Below, in pieces: positions 25,201-40,200 of a DNA stretch of 64,000 nt. The translations under genes and the position numbers were made by a program. The notes under the pieces are model-generated. The model did no database searches and was not told the origin of the DNA. It worked only from the letters and a program-made list of their open reading frames with translations. The stretch's first letter is position 1. Each line of letters begins with the position of its first letter. The DNA comes from Ascidiella aspersa (Eukaryota). The stretch is from contig OZ004614.1 of the NCBI GenBank assembly GCA_963924565.1, positions 17,422,001 to 17,486,000 of the forward strand, written 5' to 3'.

Positions 25201-28200
25201 AGCAGCAAGTCGGAAGTTATACTGGAATTCACAGGATCAAGGTACAAGGAAAATCTGATTAGTATATTCTTAAACTCAATATTGGTAAACGCTATAACAG
25301 TTTTGGTAAATTTAATGCCAAAACTGATTTTTATGTTTTTGTTAACCGATACCTATCACCAAATACTTTTTTATGTACCTAGGTAATAGATATAACAGTA
25401 TCTTTAATAATTTAAATATGTAATGCATTTACCTTATGTTTATCTCTCTTTATTTATTTAACTAAATTAATGCTAGCCAACAAAAACCTAACTATGTGTG
25501 AAATCAGTCAGCTATTGGTTACTCAGTTTTTCAAGCTGGGGCAAATTGATGTTTAATTTGCTTATATCACTTACAATAATTCAAGAAGTTATCAACAATA
25601 ACTCAACAACAAATTGTTTGAATGCCTACAATTGGCAGACACTTGCTAACAAGCAAACAAACTAACAAAAAGGGTTATGATTATAAATAATACGTATTAC
25701 TGTTCGTGCAAAATTATATTTTTGTCTTTTTGATATTATGTTTTGGTCATCTCTATTATATACATATATATTTTATTCTGTGTTATAAAGTTAAAGTGTC
25801 AGTTGACCTCATCAGGGTAAATAATTAAATCAAGAATATGTTAACCAGCTTATATACAAAAATATTGTAAATATAAAAATACTATTGAATTATAAATCAA
25901 TTCTCTGCAACCTTTATAAACTGTGGTACACTAACAAAGCTAAAAACTTGACTAAGGCAAGAATAATGGATCATTTAACGAGCAAAAATACGACGTATTA
26001 CTTTTCCTTATCTCCTAATTTGCGGTTTTATGGTTTCCCTGAAATATTTAAGTGGTTGTAAGTCCTTGAAATTGTACCCCTTTAAAATATATAATTAATT
26101 GATCAAATATCACATGGAGCATATAGTTTTGCTTAATTTTTTTACAGAAAACTATTCAATAAATTAGTTTATACAATGGCGATGGTCAAAGAACAAGAAT
26201 GTCAATATTTTTAAAATGATATTTTGTAGGTTTCAAGTGTGTGAATAGTCTTCCTTTCAGCTTTAGTTAAAAAATTAAATAAAAAATATTATTGTGCAGT
26301 TTAGAGTCTAGAGCAGCGTTTCTCAACCAGTGCGCCGCGGTGCACTGGTGCGCCATGGAAGGCTGCCAGGTGTGCCGCGAGCGAGGAAAAAGTATGTCGA
26401 AATAAGTCCTAGATTAATCGAAATAAGATTTTAATGGACAAAATAACGTTTTAGTCTCAAAGGCTGGGAGTAATGATAGGCAACTATAAAACCCATATAT
26501 ACTAAAAAAATGCAGCCAATTTAAGAGAAATATCGGTACATCTTAAAATTGCGCGCTCGCTTCCCTCCCCAAGGTGCGCCGCCACGTTTTCATACGTCTC
26601 AAGGTGCGCCCCCAATTAAAAAAGGTTAAGAAACACTGGTCTAGAGGCACTGCTATCCTTGAAGTTAAGTTAAAACAAATATTTTAAAATAAGACCTTTG
26701 GCGATTAAAAGTAACCTAGATTTAGGAAAACACTTACGAAAATGTTACCACTGTATTATTGTATGTCTGCCTGCCTTGGTGTACATTATTCATATTAATT
26801 TTACTTGTTTACTTGACTTATTACACGGTAAATTAAAACTAAGCAAGCAAAAAAACCTCTAGAAACACTGCAGCACACCTGACATTGCCACAGCACACTG
26901 GTTCTGGATCACTGCTATGTAATTAAACGATGAAGCTAAATGTTGCTGAAGTATACAATAAACTGTGGCATCATCTATTTACTTCTACCAGATTTTTATT
27001 CAAGTATATAATTCTGCAAATTATGGTTAAGATTTGTTGTCTAAATCCCAGATCAGAATTTTAAATTACATAATTTTGTTTAACATTTAGGAAATGGTTG
27101 TAAACAGCTCAAGCGTTTTTTGTTCAAGCTTTGACGGAAAACACTAAACACTACTTTCTTACTATATGTAAACATTTTTTTGACATATTTGTTTGGGAAA
27201 AGAAAAAAAATGAAAAACATGTATCTTTTTGTTAGGTAATCAGAAGTTTCTTTTGAATATTTATTATATACCAACCAGACAAACTGATTTTCGGTTTACT
27301 AAGTTCTGTACTTAATTTAATTTTTTGATTAGGTAGGTTGATGAATGATGTTCCAAAAATTGATTTTATAGAATTTGTGTTTAGTAGGTGGTATTTATTT
27401 AAAAAATGTTTATTCACCATCATTTACCATTTGTTAAGATATTCAAACAGTAGTTTTTATTCACACAGTAACTAAGTGAGGCGTGCTTTTATTTCAGCAA
27501 CTTACACTGACATAAAAAATCCCATGACTAGTAGCCTGAAAAGCCCCATGTATTTAATAGCTAAAGGTTTCTTTGTAAAAACTGATGCCTATTTTTTATG
27601 TAATTAACAACCAATAATCTATACCGATAATGAATTTATAAAGTATTTGCTTAGTATTGGTAATACCTTTAATCAAATAAACATATAAAAACATTACATT
27701 TAGTTTATTTACCTGTTTATACAACTTTTATTAACTATGCATTATGCTAAACGCAGTAAACCAAACACTAAGTTCAGTCAGTCAGCCCTTGAAAATGGCA
27801 AATGACAAATACAGGATTTCACAAAACACAAATTAATTTATTTACGGGGAAATCTACATAATATCATTTTTTATAGGCATCAACTCACTATCTGAAGCGT
27901 CAGTGTTTTTAAATGTCATTAGGTCAAGTGTATTATGCTAATGTGAAACCAAGCCAAAATCAAACGAAAAACATGTATCTTTTTGTTAGGTAATCAGAAG
28001 TTTCTTTGAATATTTATTATATACCATCCAGACAAACTGATTTTCGGTTTACTAAGTTTTGTACTTAATTTAATTTTTTGATTAGGTAGGTTGATGAATG
28101 ATGTTCAAAAAATTGATTTTATAGAATTTGTGTTTAGTAGGTGGTATTTATTTAAAAAATGTTTATTCACCATCATTTACCATTTGTTAAGATATTCAAA

Positions 28201-31200
28201 CAGTAGTTATTATTCACAAATTTTAATTTTTTAAATTGCTACAGGTATCTTTGGAGCAAAAAGAAGCAGTTGTGGAATACAATTCAGAACTGATACAGCT
28301 GGATGAAGTAAAAGATGCAATAGAGGATATGGGTTTTGATGCAGCTGTTGTGCTAGGTATTCTGGAGAAAAAACCCTCTTTCAGTGAGAATGCTGATTTA
28401 ATACAATTCTGTGATAATAAGACATCTTCTGTGATGAACATTGATGAAATTGCCTCATTAGCCAATTCTCCTGACCATCCAGAAGAAGGTTGCCAGCTGA
28501 TTGTTATTAGTGTGGAAGGAATGCATTGCAAGTCCTGTGTAAGAAAAATTGAGGAAAACCTCAGCACAGTGAAGGGAGTTTACACAGTTAAAGTGCTGTT
28601 AAGTGATGGTATTGCCAAAATTAACTTTAACTCAAGTCAAATTACAGAAGTTCAATTGGCCGAGAAAATCAAAGACCTAAATTTTAAAGCTATTCTTCCC
28701 AATGGCAAGGAGTTTGTGCCAAATTCAAGTAGCAAAACTGATAATGACTCTACCATTGTTAAAATCCCACCACCACCCACTGAAAATGGTTCTTCAAAAC
28801 TCTCTGTTGCAGTTTTGCCTACCAATCCTTCCACTGTTTCAGTTGGCTCTCGAAAATCCAAATCTAGCAGGAACTCTGGTGGGACGAAAGTATCAAATGG
28901 TACAGGCAATGTCAGACACAATGCTAAGAAACACATTTTAGCTAAACAAGAAACAAGAAAAATGAAGGAAAAGGTCCCAGAAATTGCTATTCCAATTGAG
29001 GTTGACGTTGAAAGATGCTTTATAAACATCACTGGCATGACATGTGCTTCTTGTGTCAACAACATTGAACGAAATATTGGTAGTGTATTTGTTTTATTTG
29101 ATTTTGAGTAATACAATAATATAAATGTCCTAATATATTTAATTGTGTACATAATTATGTTAAAGTTTAACATAGGGACCATTATTGGCACTAAGCAAAA
29201 TTAGCCCAATTTATTTTTTTCCTGTAGAAAGAGTTTTCAATGGCGATGAAACATTTTGTTCTTAGTATGATGTGTACATTATTATGTTAACAATTAACAA
29301 TGTTAACAAGAATTGTTTTAAAACTATGTAAACCTACCACACACAAACAACGCTTCTTCACACATTAATTATTTTACACAATTATTATTATTTCAGGCCG
29401 CGAAGAAGGAGTTGTGTCAATAGTTGTGGGTTTGATGTCAGGGAAAGCTGAGGTGAAGTTTCACCCAAATATTGTTACTTCTGAGCATGTTGCTGAGTTG
29501 ATAACTGACCTTGGGTTCGGAGCCACAATACATGATGGAGACAGAAAAGCAGGACAAGTAGAACTTAATGTAAGTTGTAAACTGGGTGTTTAGAGAAATA
29601 TGGTGGAAAATTATTGTTTTTGGGATAGTTTTTATTGTTTTATGTATTTTTGTTACTTTTTATTCATTGTTTTTGCTGTTACGCTATATTTACCGTAATA
29701 ATTTTACAAAAACTTTAAATTTAAACAATTATTTTACTTTCTAGAAATGTTAAACACTGTTTATACTTCTTTCAGTTGATGTATGTTGATATACATAATA
29801 TATGTAAGTCACAGTAACTAAGTGAGGCGTGCTTTTATTTCAGCAACTTACACTGACATAAAAAATCCCATGACTAGTAGCCTGAAAAACCCCATGTATT
29901 TAATAGCTAAAGGTTTCTTTGTAAAAACTGATGCCTATTTTTTATGTAATTAACAACCAATAATCTATACCGATAATGAATTTATAAAGTATTTGCTTAG
30001 TATTGGTAATACCTTTAATCAAATAAACATATAAAAACATTACATTTAGTTTATTTACCTGTTTATACAACTTTTATTAACTATGCATTATGCTAAACGC
30101 AGTAAACCAAACACTAAGTTCAGTCAGTCAGCCCTTGAAAATGGCAAATGACAAATACAGGATTTCACAAAACACAAATTAATTTATTTACGGGGAAATC
30201 TACATAATATCATTTTTCATAGGCATCAACTCACTATCTGAAGCGTCAGTGTTTTTAAATGTCATTAGGTCAAGTGTATTATGCTAATGTGAAACCAAGC
30301 CAAAATCAAACGCAAATTGCTGTTTTTCATCTCTTGTTTGCTGACCTTAGACGCAGGACATGTTTCTCACTCAAGTGCGTTTTCGTTCAGGATGGCTGAT
30401 CAGCAAGTGCACACGACCCTTCAGCATTTAAAATAGTTTATTCCGTTCACAAAAGGTTTTTGCAATGAACAGGAGTTCATATTGTAATACCACGGGATTT
30501 ATGCACATGACGTAATTATTTTACCCTTAACAACAGATTAGATATTAGCTGACATGGCACACAGCTGCGGAGCAGATTTTAATAACAACCGGAAAATATA
30601 CTTGTTTCATATTGGAGGTGGCGAAAGGCGTGCTCGTAATTTAGCATAGTTTCATACATGAAATTTAGTAACGATGCGACAGTAGAATTATTGATGTACT
30701 AAATCTCACACGTTTTTTGGTTTCGGTTTTCATCTAATTCTAAAGTAAACGATTGCACACTTGTCGGTTTCGCAGCTAGCGCCTAATAGGAGTGTCGACG
30801 ATTCCGTGTTTTTTCTACATGTTCGATTTCGCTGGACGTTAGTTGGCTATTTCTAGAACAATTTTTTCTGATTTATGATGTCATTTAATCGCACTATTTT
30901 ATGACATCACTTGTCATTGAAATCGTACGGGGAAATGGGGAATTTCCAAAGTTAGAAAATCGGAAAGGTTTTTTTTTCGATTTTTTAACTATATATGATG
31001 TTCTTTTTATTTTCAGATCACCGGTATGACATGTTCATCATGTGTTCACACCATTGAGTCTCGACTGAACTCTATTAAGGGAATCACTTATGCTTCGGTC
31101 GCCTTGGCAACCAGCTCTGCTGTTGTAAAATTTGACAGTGATGAGATTGGGATTCGTGACATAATTGAAATTATTGAGGTTCGTTGTGTTTTATGTGTAC

Positions 31201-34200
31201 TACATAATAATAATATTTATTGGAATATGTTGGATTGTGGCATTGAGCACTCCTTTTTTTGTTGTTGCTTAATGAACATAGTGCACACGGTACATAGGCA
31301 CCAAACGTGGGTGTTCAGAGCGTTTTTAGACGCCCTGGAATTATGCCAGGGCGTCAAAAGCTCTGGAATTCGACCAAGTCGTGCTTGTAAATAATATGCA
31401 ATTTAAACTTAAAAATTATAATGACGATACGCCATGCTAGTTGCACAGTTTAGGTTTACCAAAATAATGTGCGAAACTTATAAGTGGGACAGTTTTCGTT
31501 CGCACATACAAAATGCTTAACTTGCAAAATATTACGACCCGCCAATGCAAAACACCCAGCCTGCAACCGTTTTACAAACTGATCACGAGGCCATTCCCCG
31601 TATATATTTTTTATTAATGCATCTGTGTAGCCTGAAACTACAACCACTAAAGTTTCAACAACTTTGAATATCTTAATGTATTCAATCTTATTTTAATTAG
31701 AACCATTTTAAATTGTCAGTTAAAAGGCCGCCGAGACATTTTAGGTTTAGCATTGAAACAAGTCTAGAAAAATGTTGCCAAACTCCATTTTACACACTGC
31801 TTCGTGTGACGTAACAATTCCTAAATCACGGTATGACGCTCGGTCGCTCAATACCAAAGCATAAGCTTCCAATCGCAACCAACATAAAACAAATTTGTCG
31901 TTCAGTACTTTAAAGATACCGCAACGATGAAGCCTATGTAAAAAAAATTGCAGGCACTTAAACAATAATACGGGTAAGTATAACTTAAACGCTTTACCAT
32001 TCATTATTACGTATTATATTGTTCACTGACAGAGATCAGCGTTTGGATCACTTTGTTGTGAAATGAGTAGTTCGCCACTATATGTTGCCTTTCATCGTTT
32101 TAGAGCGCGCATTTTCTATTTGTAAAGAAGAAAATTACGAGAGACACAACGCGTTATTTCAATAATAAAAGACAGAAGCGCTATATCGGTTTCCCAAATA
32201 CTATTACGTTTTAGTGGTTATTCGTGACAGTAAGCATTTTGTACCGATTTACAAAAAAACGCCTTGGATTTTTGAACGTTCGACGCCCACGATTGTGTAT
32301 ATTTATTTTCTACTCATTGGATGTTCAACATTTTATAAGTTTGTATGAACAATTAAACAAAATACACCACGCATTTTCAGGATTCAGGATTTAGTGCGAC
32401 CATGCGTAGCCAGGAAAACAAACTGTCCGGACTCGATCATCAGCGTGAAATCCTTCAATGGCGTCGTTCTTTTTTCACTTCGCTTATTTTCGGTGTTCCT
32501 GTGATGATAATCATGATATACTACATGGCGTCTGGTGCACACAACCACCCACTTATGCTCATTCCGGGATTAAGCCTTCAAAACCTGCTCATGTTTTTGC
32601 TCTCTACTCCAGTTCAGGTATTTTCACATAATCAAGTTTCATAATTAGAAAAATATGATGTAAGAAAATGTTTTGATCAAAATTTGTTTTTTGTCTGTTT
32701 TTGCTGCGTAGATAATTTGAATTGTACTTTTCCAAGTTGTATAGACAAAACACGGTAGATGACTTGAACTAGTTTCATTCTGGTCACTAGTTTCGTTTTA
32801 TTTTTTTACCATTATGCAATGACATACCCAGCTTACTGGCCTAAGCATAGCAGGATATTGGCGTCAAGTGGACCATAAAAGTGTGTTTCATTTGCTTTCA
32901 ATTCAAACTGTGCGATGTAATAATATTGAAGATATTAAACAGTGTGTGTAAACGGGCGACTGTACTTCCTGGTAGTCCAGCCTGCCAATTTCCACATATT
33001 TTTCACTGTACTTCCAAAATATAGTTTGTCATTGAATAAAAGCAGAAAATTTACTCTAGCTTTATTTTGTCTCATTTACTGTGTGGCTCTATATGCACCT
33101 CGCTTTATTTATAAAAAAAAATATATATTGCCCTTAACATTTATACCAACTTACAGTTGTACTTATTTATATATTACAACCAGTATTATATTAGCTTTGG
33201 CATTTATGCCTAAAACCCTTACAATAACATATTTTTTATTCTTCAAATAGGATTGTAATTCCCGATGTTGGGGATTTTAAATACTATATTAAAGGCAATC
33301 GATATTTATGTCGTTAATTGGTGAATTCACATTTTATAAATATAAGGCGATATGTTAACACTTTTTCAGAGTTTAAAATTGTAGAAACTGATTTATGCAA
33401 CTTAAAGTCCAACGCCATTATGCCCCTGTTTTTCAGATCTATGGCGGAAGGTACTTTTACGTTCAGGCTTGGGCGGCTGTTAAACATCGCACGGCCAACA
33501 TGGACGTGTTAATCGTCATGACGACCGTGATCGCGTACACATACTCCGTGGTACTCGTGATCATCGCCATGATCCAGCAATCGAAATCGACGCCGAAAAC
33601 CTTCTTCGAAACGCCGCCCATGCTTTTTGTCTTTATCGCGTTGGGGAGGTGGCTTGAACACATCGCTAAGGTAAAAAGTTCTTCGTGCTTCCGTTTAGCT
33701 CATTTAACTGCTGGACCAAACTACGTCAAAGTGTGACGCACCGCTTGCAACCGCGTTTCGCCATTATTCAGACATTACGTAACGCACATTCGAGGTATTT
33801 GCGGACTATGGACGTGCTGTCGATCACACTGAGGTTAATCATTGAAACCATCAAGCCAGCCTACTAACTTTTGTTTTAGTTAAACTCATTGTAAAAGTTG
33901 TTCGTTTGTAAATTGTACAATTAGCCACATACTGACCGTCAGTTTATTTTAGATATGTTTTATTGTTGTATTATTTTATATAGCAATTTGTAGAATTTAC
34001 AATTGCGTCGGAGGCACTGTTTTTTTTAATAACGCGCGACGCTTTTTATTTTGGTACTTAACAGTCATATCATACAGTAAGCAACTACCGAAACATAACC
34101 ATTTAAGGCGAAGCGGTAAACACCAATTAATACGCTTTTGGCGTCCTTTGGAGTCTCATTTCCTTCCAACACAGTTCCTTCTTACACATCGCTTAATAAT

Positions 34201-37200
34201 TTTCCCAGAACGCCTGCGTTCCTGTTAAATTCGTTTTAAAAGCGCTCCACAACAAGTGTGAAATCCGATATTGCCTTAAAAACGTGATCCTGTACAGGGC
34301 AAAACATCGGAGGCCCTCGCCAAGCTGATGCAGCTGCAGGCCACAGAAGCTATCCTGGTGAAATTCGACGACGACAAGACGACGATCATCAGCGAGAGCA
34401 GCATTTCGGTCGAGTTGGTGCAACGGGGCGACATACTGAGAGTTCAGCCTGGTACCAAAATACCCACAGACGGCAAAGTGGTCGAGGGTTCGTCCATGGC
34501 TGACGAGTCGCTGATAACAGGTAAAATATTGTTTGGGGTTATTTATGTATTTGTAGCTGGCTTGTGCTACGTACATGGAGAGAATTGCTTGGTGCCAACC
34601 GAATTTTTGTGTAACGTTTGGCTGAATATCGATTTTTGACGAAATGGGTCCGCTCAAATTGTGCTTGCTTTTTTTCATATGTGTGTTTAGATTCGTATGT
34701 ATTCTTAATTTTCACCAAGATATGCCATTTTTGTTGTCGTTTTAGGCGATGTGTTAATTAGTTCCTTAACATCATTGTATTGTACAAACATCAATTGTCA
34801 ACATGTGTATCCGGTTTTTAAATCGAATTCAGTTCTGAATCGAAAACACGGTTTCAATAGGTTGTGTTGCAAGTTCCAGTGAAACAATATTTACCCAAAC
34901 CTATTTAGACAAGTTGTTGTGACGAACTCATGCACCCAGTTTACTTAAAAGGTAAACTGAGGTAAAAAGCGATATAAAAAATCATTATGTATATCAATAT
35001 CATCATGTCAATTAAACCGAGCGGAGCCGCCCAAGTTTTACACACTGTCGGTGAGCTGCCCAAGTTTACACACTGTCGATTTATCTGCAGTCTTCTTGCA
35101 AGTACTATTGTCATACTCATAAAACAGCATTCAAACAAACTTGAGAAGTGAAAAAGTAATGGTTCATTAAAAGTACCCTTTCACTTGTATACATTTTCGT
35201 ACTAGTGCACCCCGTGCATATTTTTGTGCTCCCTAGTGTGCACCGTGCACATCGGTTTAAGACCACTGGTGTATCTTACATAACGGAAGCCTGTCCGATT
35301 CGCACGAAAAACATTACCCCAAAAAACCATCAGCAACGTGACCTTCCGCTTTCAGGAGAATCGATGCCGGTCACGAAGAAGCCAGGCGCATCTGTGATCG
35401 GAGGATCCATCAACCTCAACGGCTCGCTTCTCATGGAGGCGACCCACGTCGGAGCCGACTCGGCGCTCTCCCAAATCGTCCGCTTGGTGGAGGAAGCGCA
35501 GACCTCAAAAGCTCCGATACAACAGGTCACACAAACAGGAACACACAATAAGGCCTAAAATGCAACAATACCAAGCAGAAAAATCAATAAAACCTAAGAC
35601 ATAAACCTGTCGGAAAAAGTCATAAATTTCATCGCCTAATCGGCCAAAATGAGGCCTGCAACTGTAGGGAGAGTGTATGGACGATCGGGGGGCATGGGTC
35701 TGGCATCGGCCGTTTTTGTGTCGACGTTTGGATGCCCTAGTTTGACTGGCGCTGTTAGGGCGCCGCTGTTTTGGCACCGGATTTTTGGTCCTGTTTGGGG
35801 TTATTGGTGGGTAATGGGAGGAAAGAAAATGGGTTAGGGTTGAAATTATTAGGGAATTAGTGATGTACTTAGGGTGGGTTTGGGGTTACATAAAATGTTT
35901 TATAGACCTGATTCTGGATTCCGACGGGTTTAAGACTTATTCCGAATTAGACGGGGGACTATTACTATACTATTAGATATTATACTTATTTCGGTCTTTT
36001 TTCAAACTGTGTTTTATTACGATCTTGATGTTTTCTTATTTCGGTCTTATGGCTGGGGTCCCACACATATACTTGCACTTTGCCAAGATTTTAATTTTTA
36101 ATGTGTTAGCCATTGGAAGCCGTTTTACACATCCAAAACCAGCTTATATTTTATGGAGAGCCTACTGCAACCCTGGTCGTAAAATTGCGTCAACGTTTTA
36201 AAACCATATTTGAGAGAACGCGTTGCATCATATTACATGTTGGTAAGGCAATTACCATCGATCGTTATTTCGCAAGTTTAAACGAATATGAAGAAAACCG
36301 ATGTTTATTAAGTTATACTAATCTATGGCTTAATAATATTACATCCAGCAAATGCCAATCTGCTTTCTTAGTGATTTTGTGCGGTTTTCCAACATAATAA
36401 ATAACGATTCTGTTTCAGTCAATATTTGTAATATTTGTTTTACTATAATGGTAACCTGATATGCTGACATGCAATATACATTCAATGCAGCTTTAACTGC
36501 TTTTACTGCAGTCAATGTATTAAGGCCAACCATGTAAAAATATCCAAACTTTTGGTTATTAACGCCCAGTGTTGTTATTTAGGTTGCCGATAAGATTGCT
36601 GGTTACTTCGTGCCGGGGGTGATTATCTTGTCCTCCTTAACATGGATAATTTGGGTGATTGTCGGATTTAGTAACCCATCAATTCTCGACGACTTTGCAA
36701 AGAAGCACATGTGAGTTACGTTTGGCAAATAAATATTAACCGTTCTATATGTTGGATAACTTGCACAAGTGTGTAGAACTTTTATTAAGGAGATTTGTTT
36801 ATTGTATGGTTTTAAATTGAACGATAAAATTTTCTGACTGCACAGATCTAAATTGTTGAATAAAGCAGTTAAGTGCAAAGAGGCGTTTATATCTTATGCT
36901 GCAAATCTCTAAATATAACGTTTCTATGATTGTTTATGTTTTACCACATAGTTACACTAAAGGCATTTAAGGCCATGCACGTTCTCCTATAATTAAACTT
37001 ACTGTCGGCGCACTGCCCGAAAATAATAATAGCCAACGCGATCTTAATGAACACAACAAAATGTCTGCATAATTAGGTTTCATTCAAATTTAACAACCCT
37101 TTTATTTTGCAGTTACCTTTCCAGTCACGAGATGGTGATAAGGTTTGCCTTCCAAACCTCCATAACAGTGCTGGCGATCGCTTGTCCCTGTGCCCTGGGG

Positions 37201-40200
37201 CTGGCCACACCGACCGCTGTCATGGTTGGAACCGGGGTCGGCGCCCAAAATGGGATTCTTATCAAAGGAGGAGAACCTCTCGAAACCTCACACAAGGTTT
37301 GTATTTATCTTCCCGTGTGAGCTTATGCTAGCGCAGATAACGGCGCCCTTAAAAGCTTGGTTGCCTATCCTAGTAATTACGTTTAAACTAACCAGTGTTG
37401 TAATGACTTAAGTTAATGACTTGACTCAGTGTACTTAAGTCCCATTTGTCAAATGAATTCACTTGACTTAAGTCTTTTAGACAAATGACTTGACTTGGAC
37501 TGAAGTTATTGAGTCAACTGACTTGGTTTGAAATCAAGGGTTTTCGTTTACCATTTTATTTTCTTTATTAATTTCAAAACTTGCTTACAACATTAAAACT
37601 AACTAACCTTATTTTTTATTACAAAAGTTAATTTTACCTAACGTTTTACAACCATTTTTAAATCGAGGCAAGGCAATCAACATGCGTCCAAAAATATTTT
37701 TGTTTCGAACCAGGTCAAAACGGTGGTGTTCGACAAAACTGGAACGATAACTTACGGCGAACCGAGGGTGATGCAGGAGCGCATTTGCACCCCCGATGAA
37801 GGGGGTACTGGCATGTCTCTTCGACACTTGATGGCGATCGTGGCCACGGCTGAAAATGCTAGTGAACACCCCCTGGCTGTCGCTGTTGTAAAACGAGCCA
37901 AAGAGGTACAAATCAAAACTGGCTGTTATGCTACTTTGTGTTATGTTTTTATATTAACAAAGTCAGTTTTAATTAAAATAATAAAGCCATTGTATTCGAT
38001 AAAATTGACATTTCGCTGTGTATGTGTTATCGTATTTATCTTCACTTGTATTTTTACATACAAGTGAAGGTGATGGCATGAGGTATTGCTGAAACGTTTG
38101 TAAACACCGAAATGGCGATTTTATCGAATATAATGGCTTTAGTATTTTTATTAAAATTAGTAAAAAAAACGTATAATGTGTTTCAAAGTCAGTTTTGATT
38201 TTATTATTCAGTTGTGCTTAAATTAAACTTTTTTTTTGTCTTTTGCCAGTTTGTTAGATAAGACGCCCTTGTAAATTTTGATCTTTGAAAAATTTTAACA
38301 GCACTACAATATTTGTCTGGTTCCTAAGGCAAGACGTTGTGCGTTACTTTTCAAATCCACTGTTAAAAATTATAACCTTTTAAACTGAAACAAAGCTAAA
38401 GTTTGGACATATTACGTTTTTCATCAGCTTTTGCAAGTCGATGCACTAGGCAACTCTTCCGACTTCAAGGGCGTCGCTGGTTGTGGAATCCAATGCACGG
38501 TTACTGGAATCGAAACAGTCCTGAGAAATAGCAACAACGTTATCAACAATGAGGCCGTGAGCATCTTTTACGATAATCCTTGCTTAACGTTTGTGACACT
38601 TTACTACTTGTTGTATTTAAAACATATAATTTTAATATTTTGGGGATCGATCCTACTTTGCTATTGAGTGTTTAAAGATAGCTTCTCATATCGTTGATAA
38701 ACTACCCCTTCTAAGTTGTCAAACTACCCCTTTTAGGGTAAAAATACCTACAGGTTCAGATTAATTGCTATTTCACATTAACACCAGGCGCGAAGCAAGA
38801 CATCTTTTCGTTATTGATAAATCATTGAGTTCAAACAAATGCGTTTTTTCGTCGTGTTTTTTTATGTTCGGTGACCTCAGTATCATTTTTACTTTCCAGG
38901 ATAACGAAGCGCTGACTCTGACACTGCAGGAAACCAATTCCCTCGCAAGCTTCGACGCCGCATCATCCAAGAAGTACCAAGTCCTCATCGGCAACCGGGA
39001 GTGGATGCAGAGGAACGGGATCGTGCTTCCCAACTCGATTGAAAATGCAATGTCAGGTGAGGTTTAAAATATGTCGAAACTGCAACTTACTGTTTGTTTC
39101 ACCAAAATAAGGCTATTTCGTAATTTTTTCATAAAGCCTTTTTCTTTTTTTATTAAGAGGTATTATCAAATAAGGACGGGCAATTTTCGACAGGATATAA
39201 AATCTTCCCAACTTTTATTGACTTGTTTGATGTTTTTAAATGAAGGAAACGCAAATAATTAAAAAAGTTGTTTTAAGCTTTTTAAAACTGTCGTTTAGTT
39301 AAAAATGTTACTAAGTATCTAACTGAAGGAAAGGGGCGGCCAGTTGGACACATATTTTTACTTTCGTTAAGTAATCTTTAGGTTTTGATGTATGGGCTTC
39401 AGGAGACACGATTGGCGTCGAAATCATAAAAAAAAATCACAAACGGCCCAAATATATGCGCACTGCGAAAAAATGCGCTTGTCGAGAAGTGTCCACGACA
39501 TTAAAACCGGTTGAGAACGCTGTATTATTTAAAACAAATTCAGACCTTCTCCGCGGTAAAGTCATTCTTTGTATATTTCGTTTGTGTCAGCTTTTAAAAA
39601 ATTCAGCACATTGTCCTCGCATAGATCTAGGTTGTTTACATGAGATTGCTCAACGAAAGTTACTTTACTCACTTTATAACAATGGGATATAGGTGAATAA
39701 GAAACAAAAAATGGACGTATTTTAAAAAGCTTAATAATCGGAGAATCTTTTGCTGGTTTGTCATAATGAACGCAATTACCGCTGTGCTTGTATACATTTG
39801 ATTTGGGCACTTCCCCATCTTGTATGTTGTTTTCGAACGACGCCCATGGGAAAACTAATAAGCTCTAATATTAATTCTGGTCTAATTACAAATAGTGAAC
39901 AAATTCTAGTTAATCAAGTCTGTGGCTGCAAAGTAGCCTGATAACGAGACAAACGTATGTTCCAGAACAAGAAGAGTCTGGTTATACAGCGATCCTAACA
40001 GCAATCGATGGGCATCTTGAGTCAATGTTCGCCATCGCTGACACGGTCAAGTCCGAAGCGGCACTGGCGGTGTTTACACTCCGAAACATGGGAATTAACG
40101 TGATTCTGCTCACCGGCGACAACAAGAAGACGGCAAAGGCGATCGCCAGACAGGTTAAGTATTTTTTTATACTATTAAACCGTTGCCGCTAGTTCTTGGG

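Noticed and set aside
28652-29191. 179-aa minus-strand ORF and similar antisense ORFs (34193-34678, 40819-41091, 56786-57136)
   Set aside because: Shadows of real ATP7 and MCM3 exons.
20581-31290. Metal-response elements (TGCRCNC) around ATP7
   Set aside because: Scattered 7-mers (e.g. 20581, 22443, 23832, 30408) with no clustering at the promoter; similar hits occur near MCM3.
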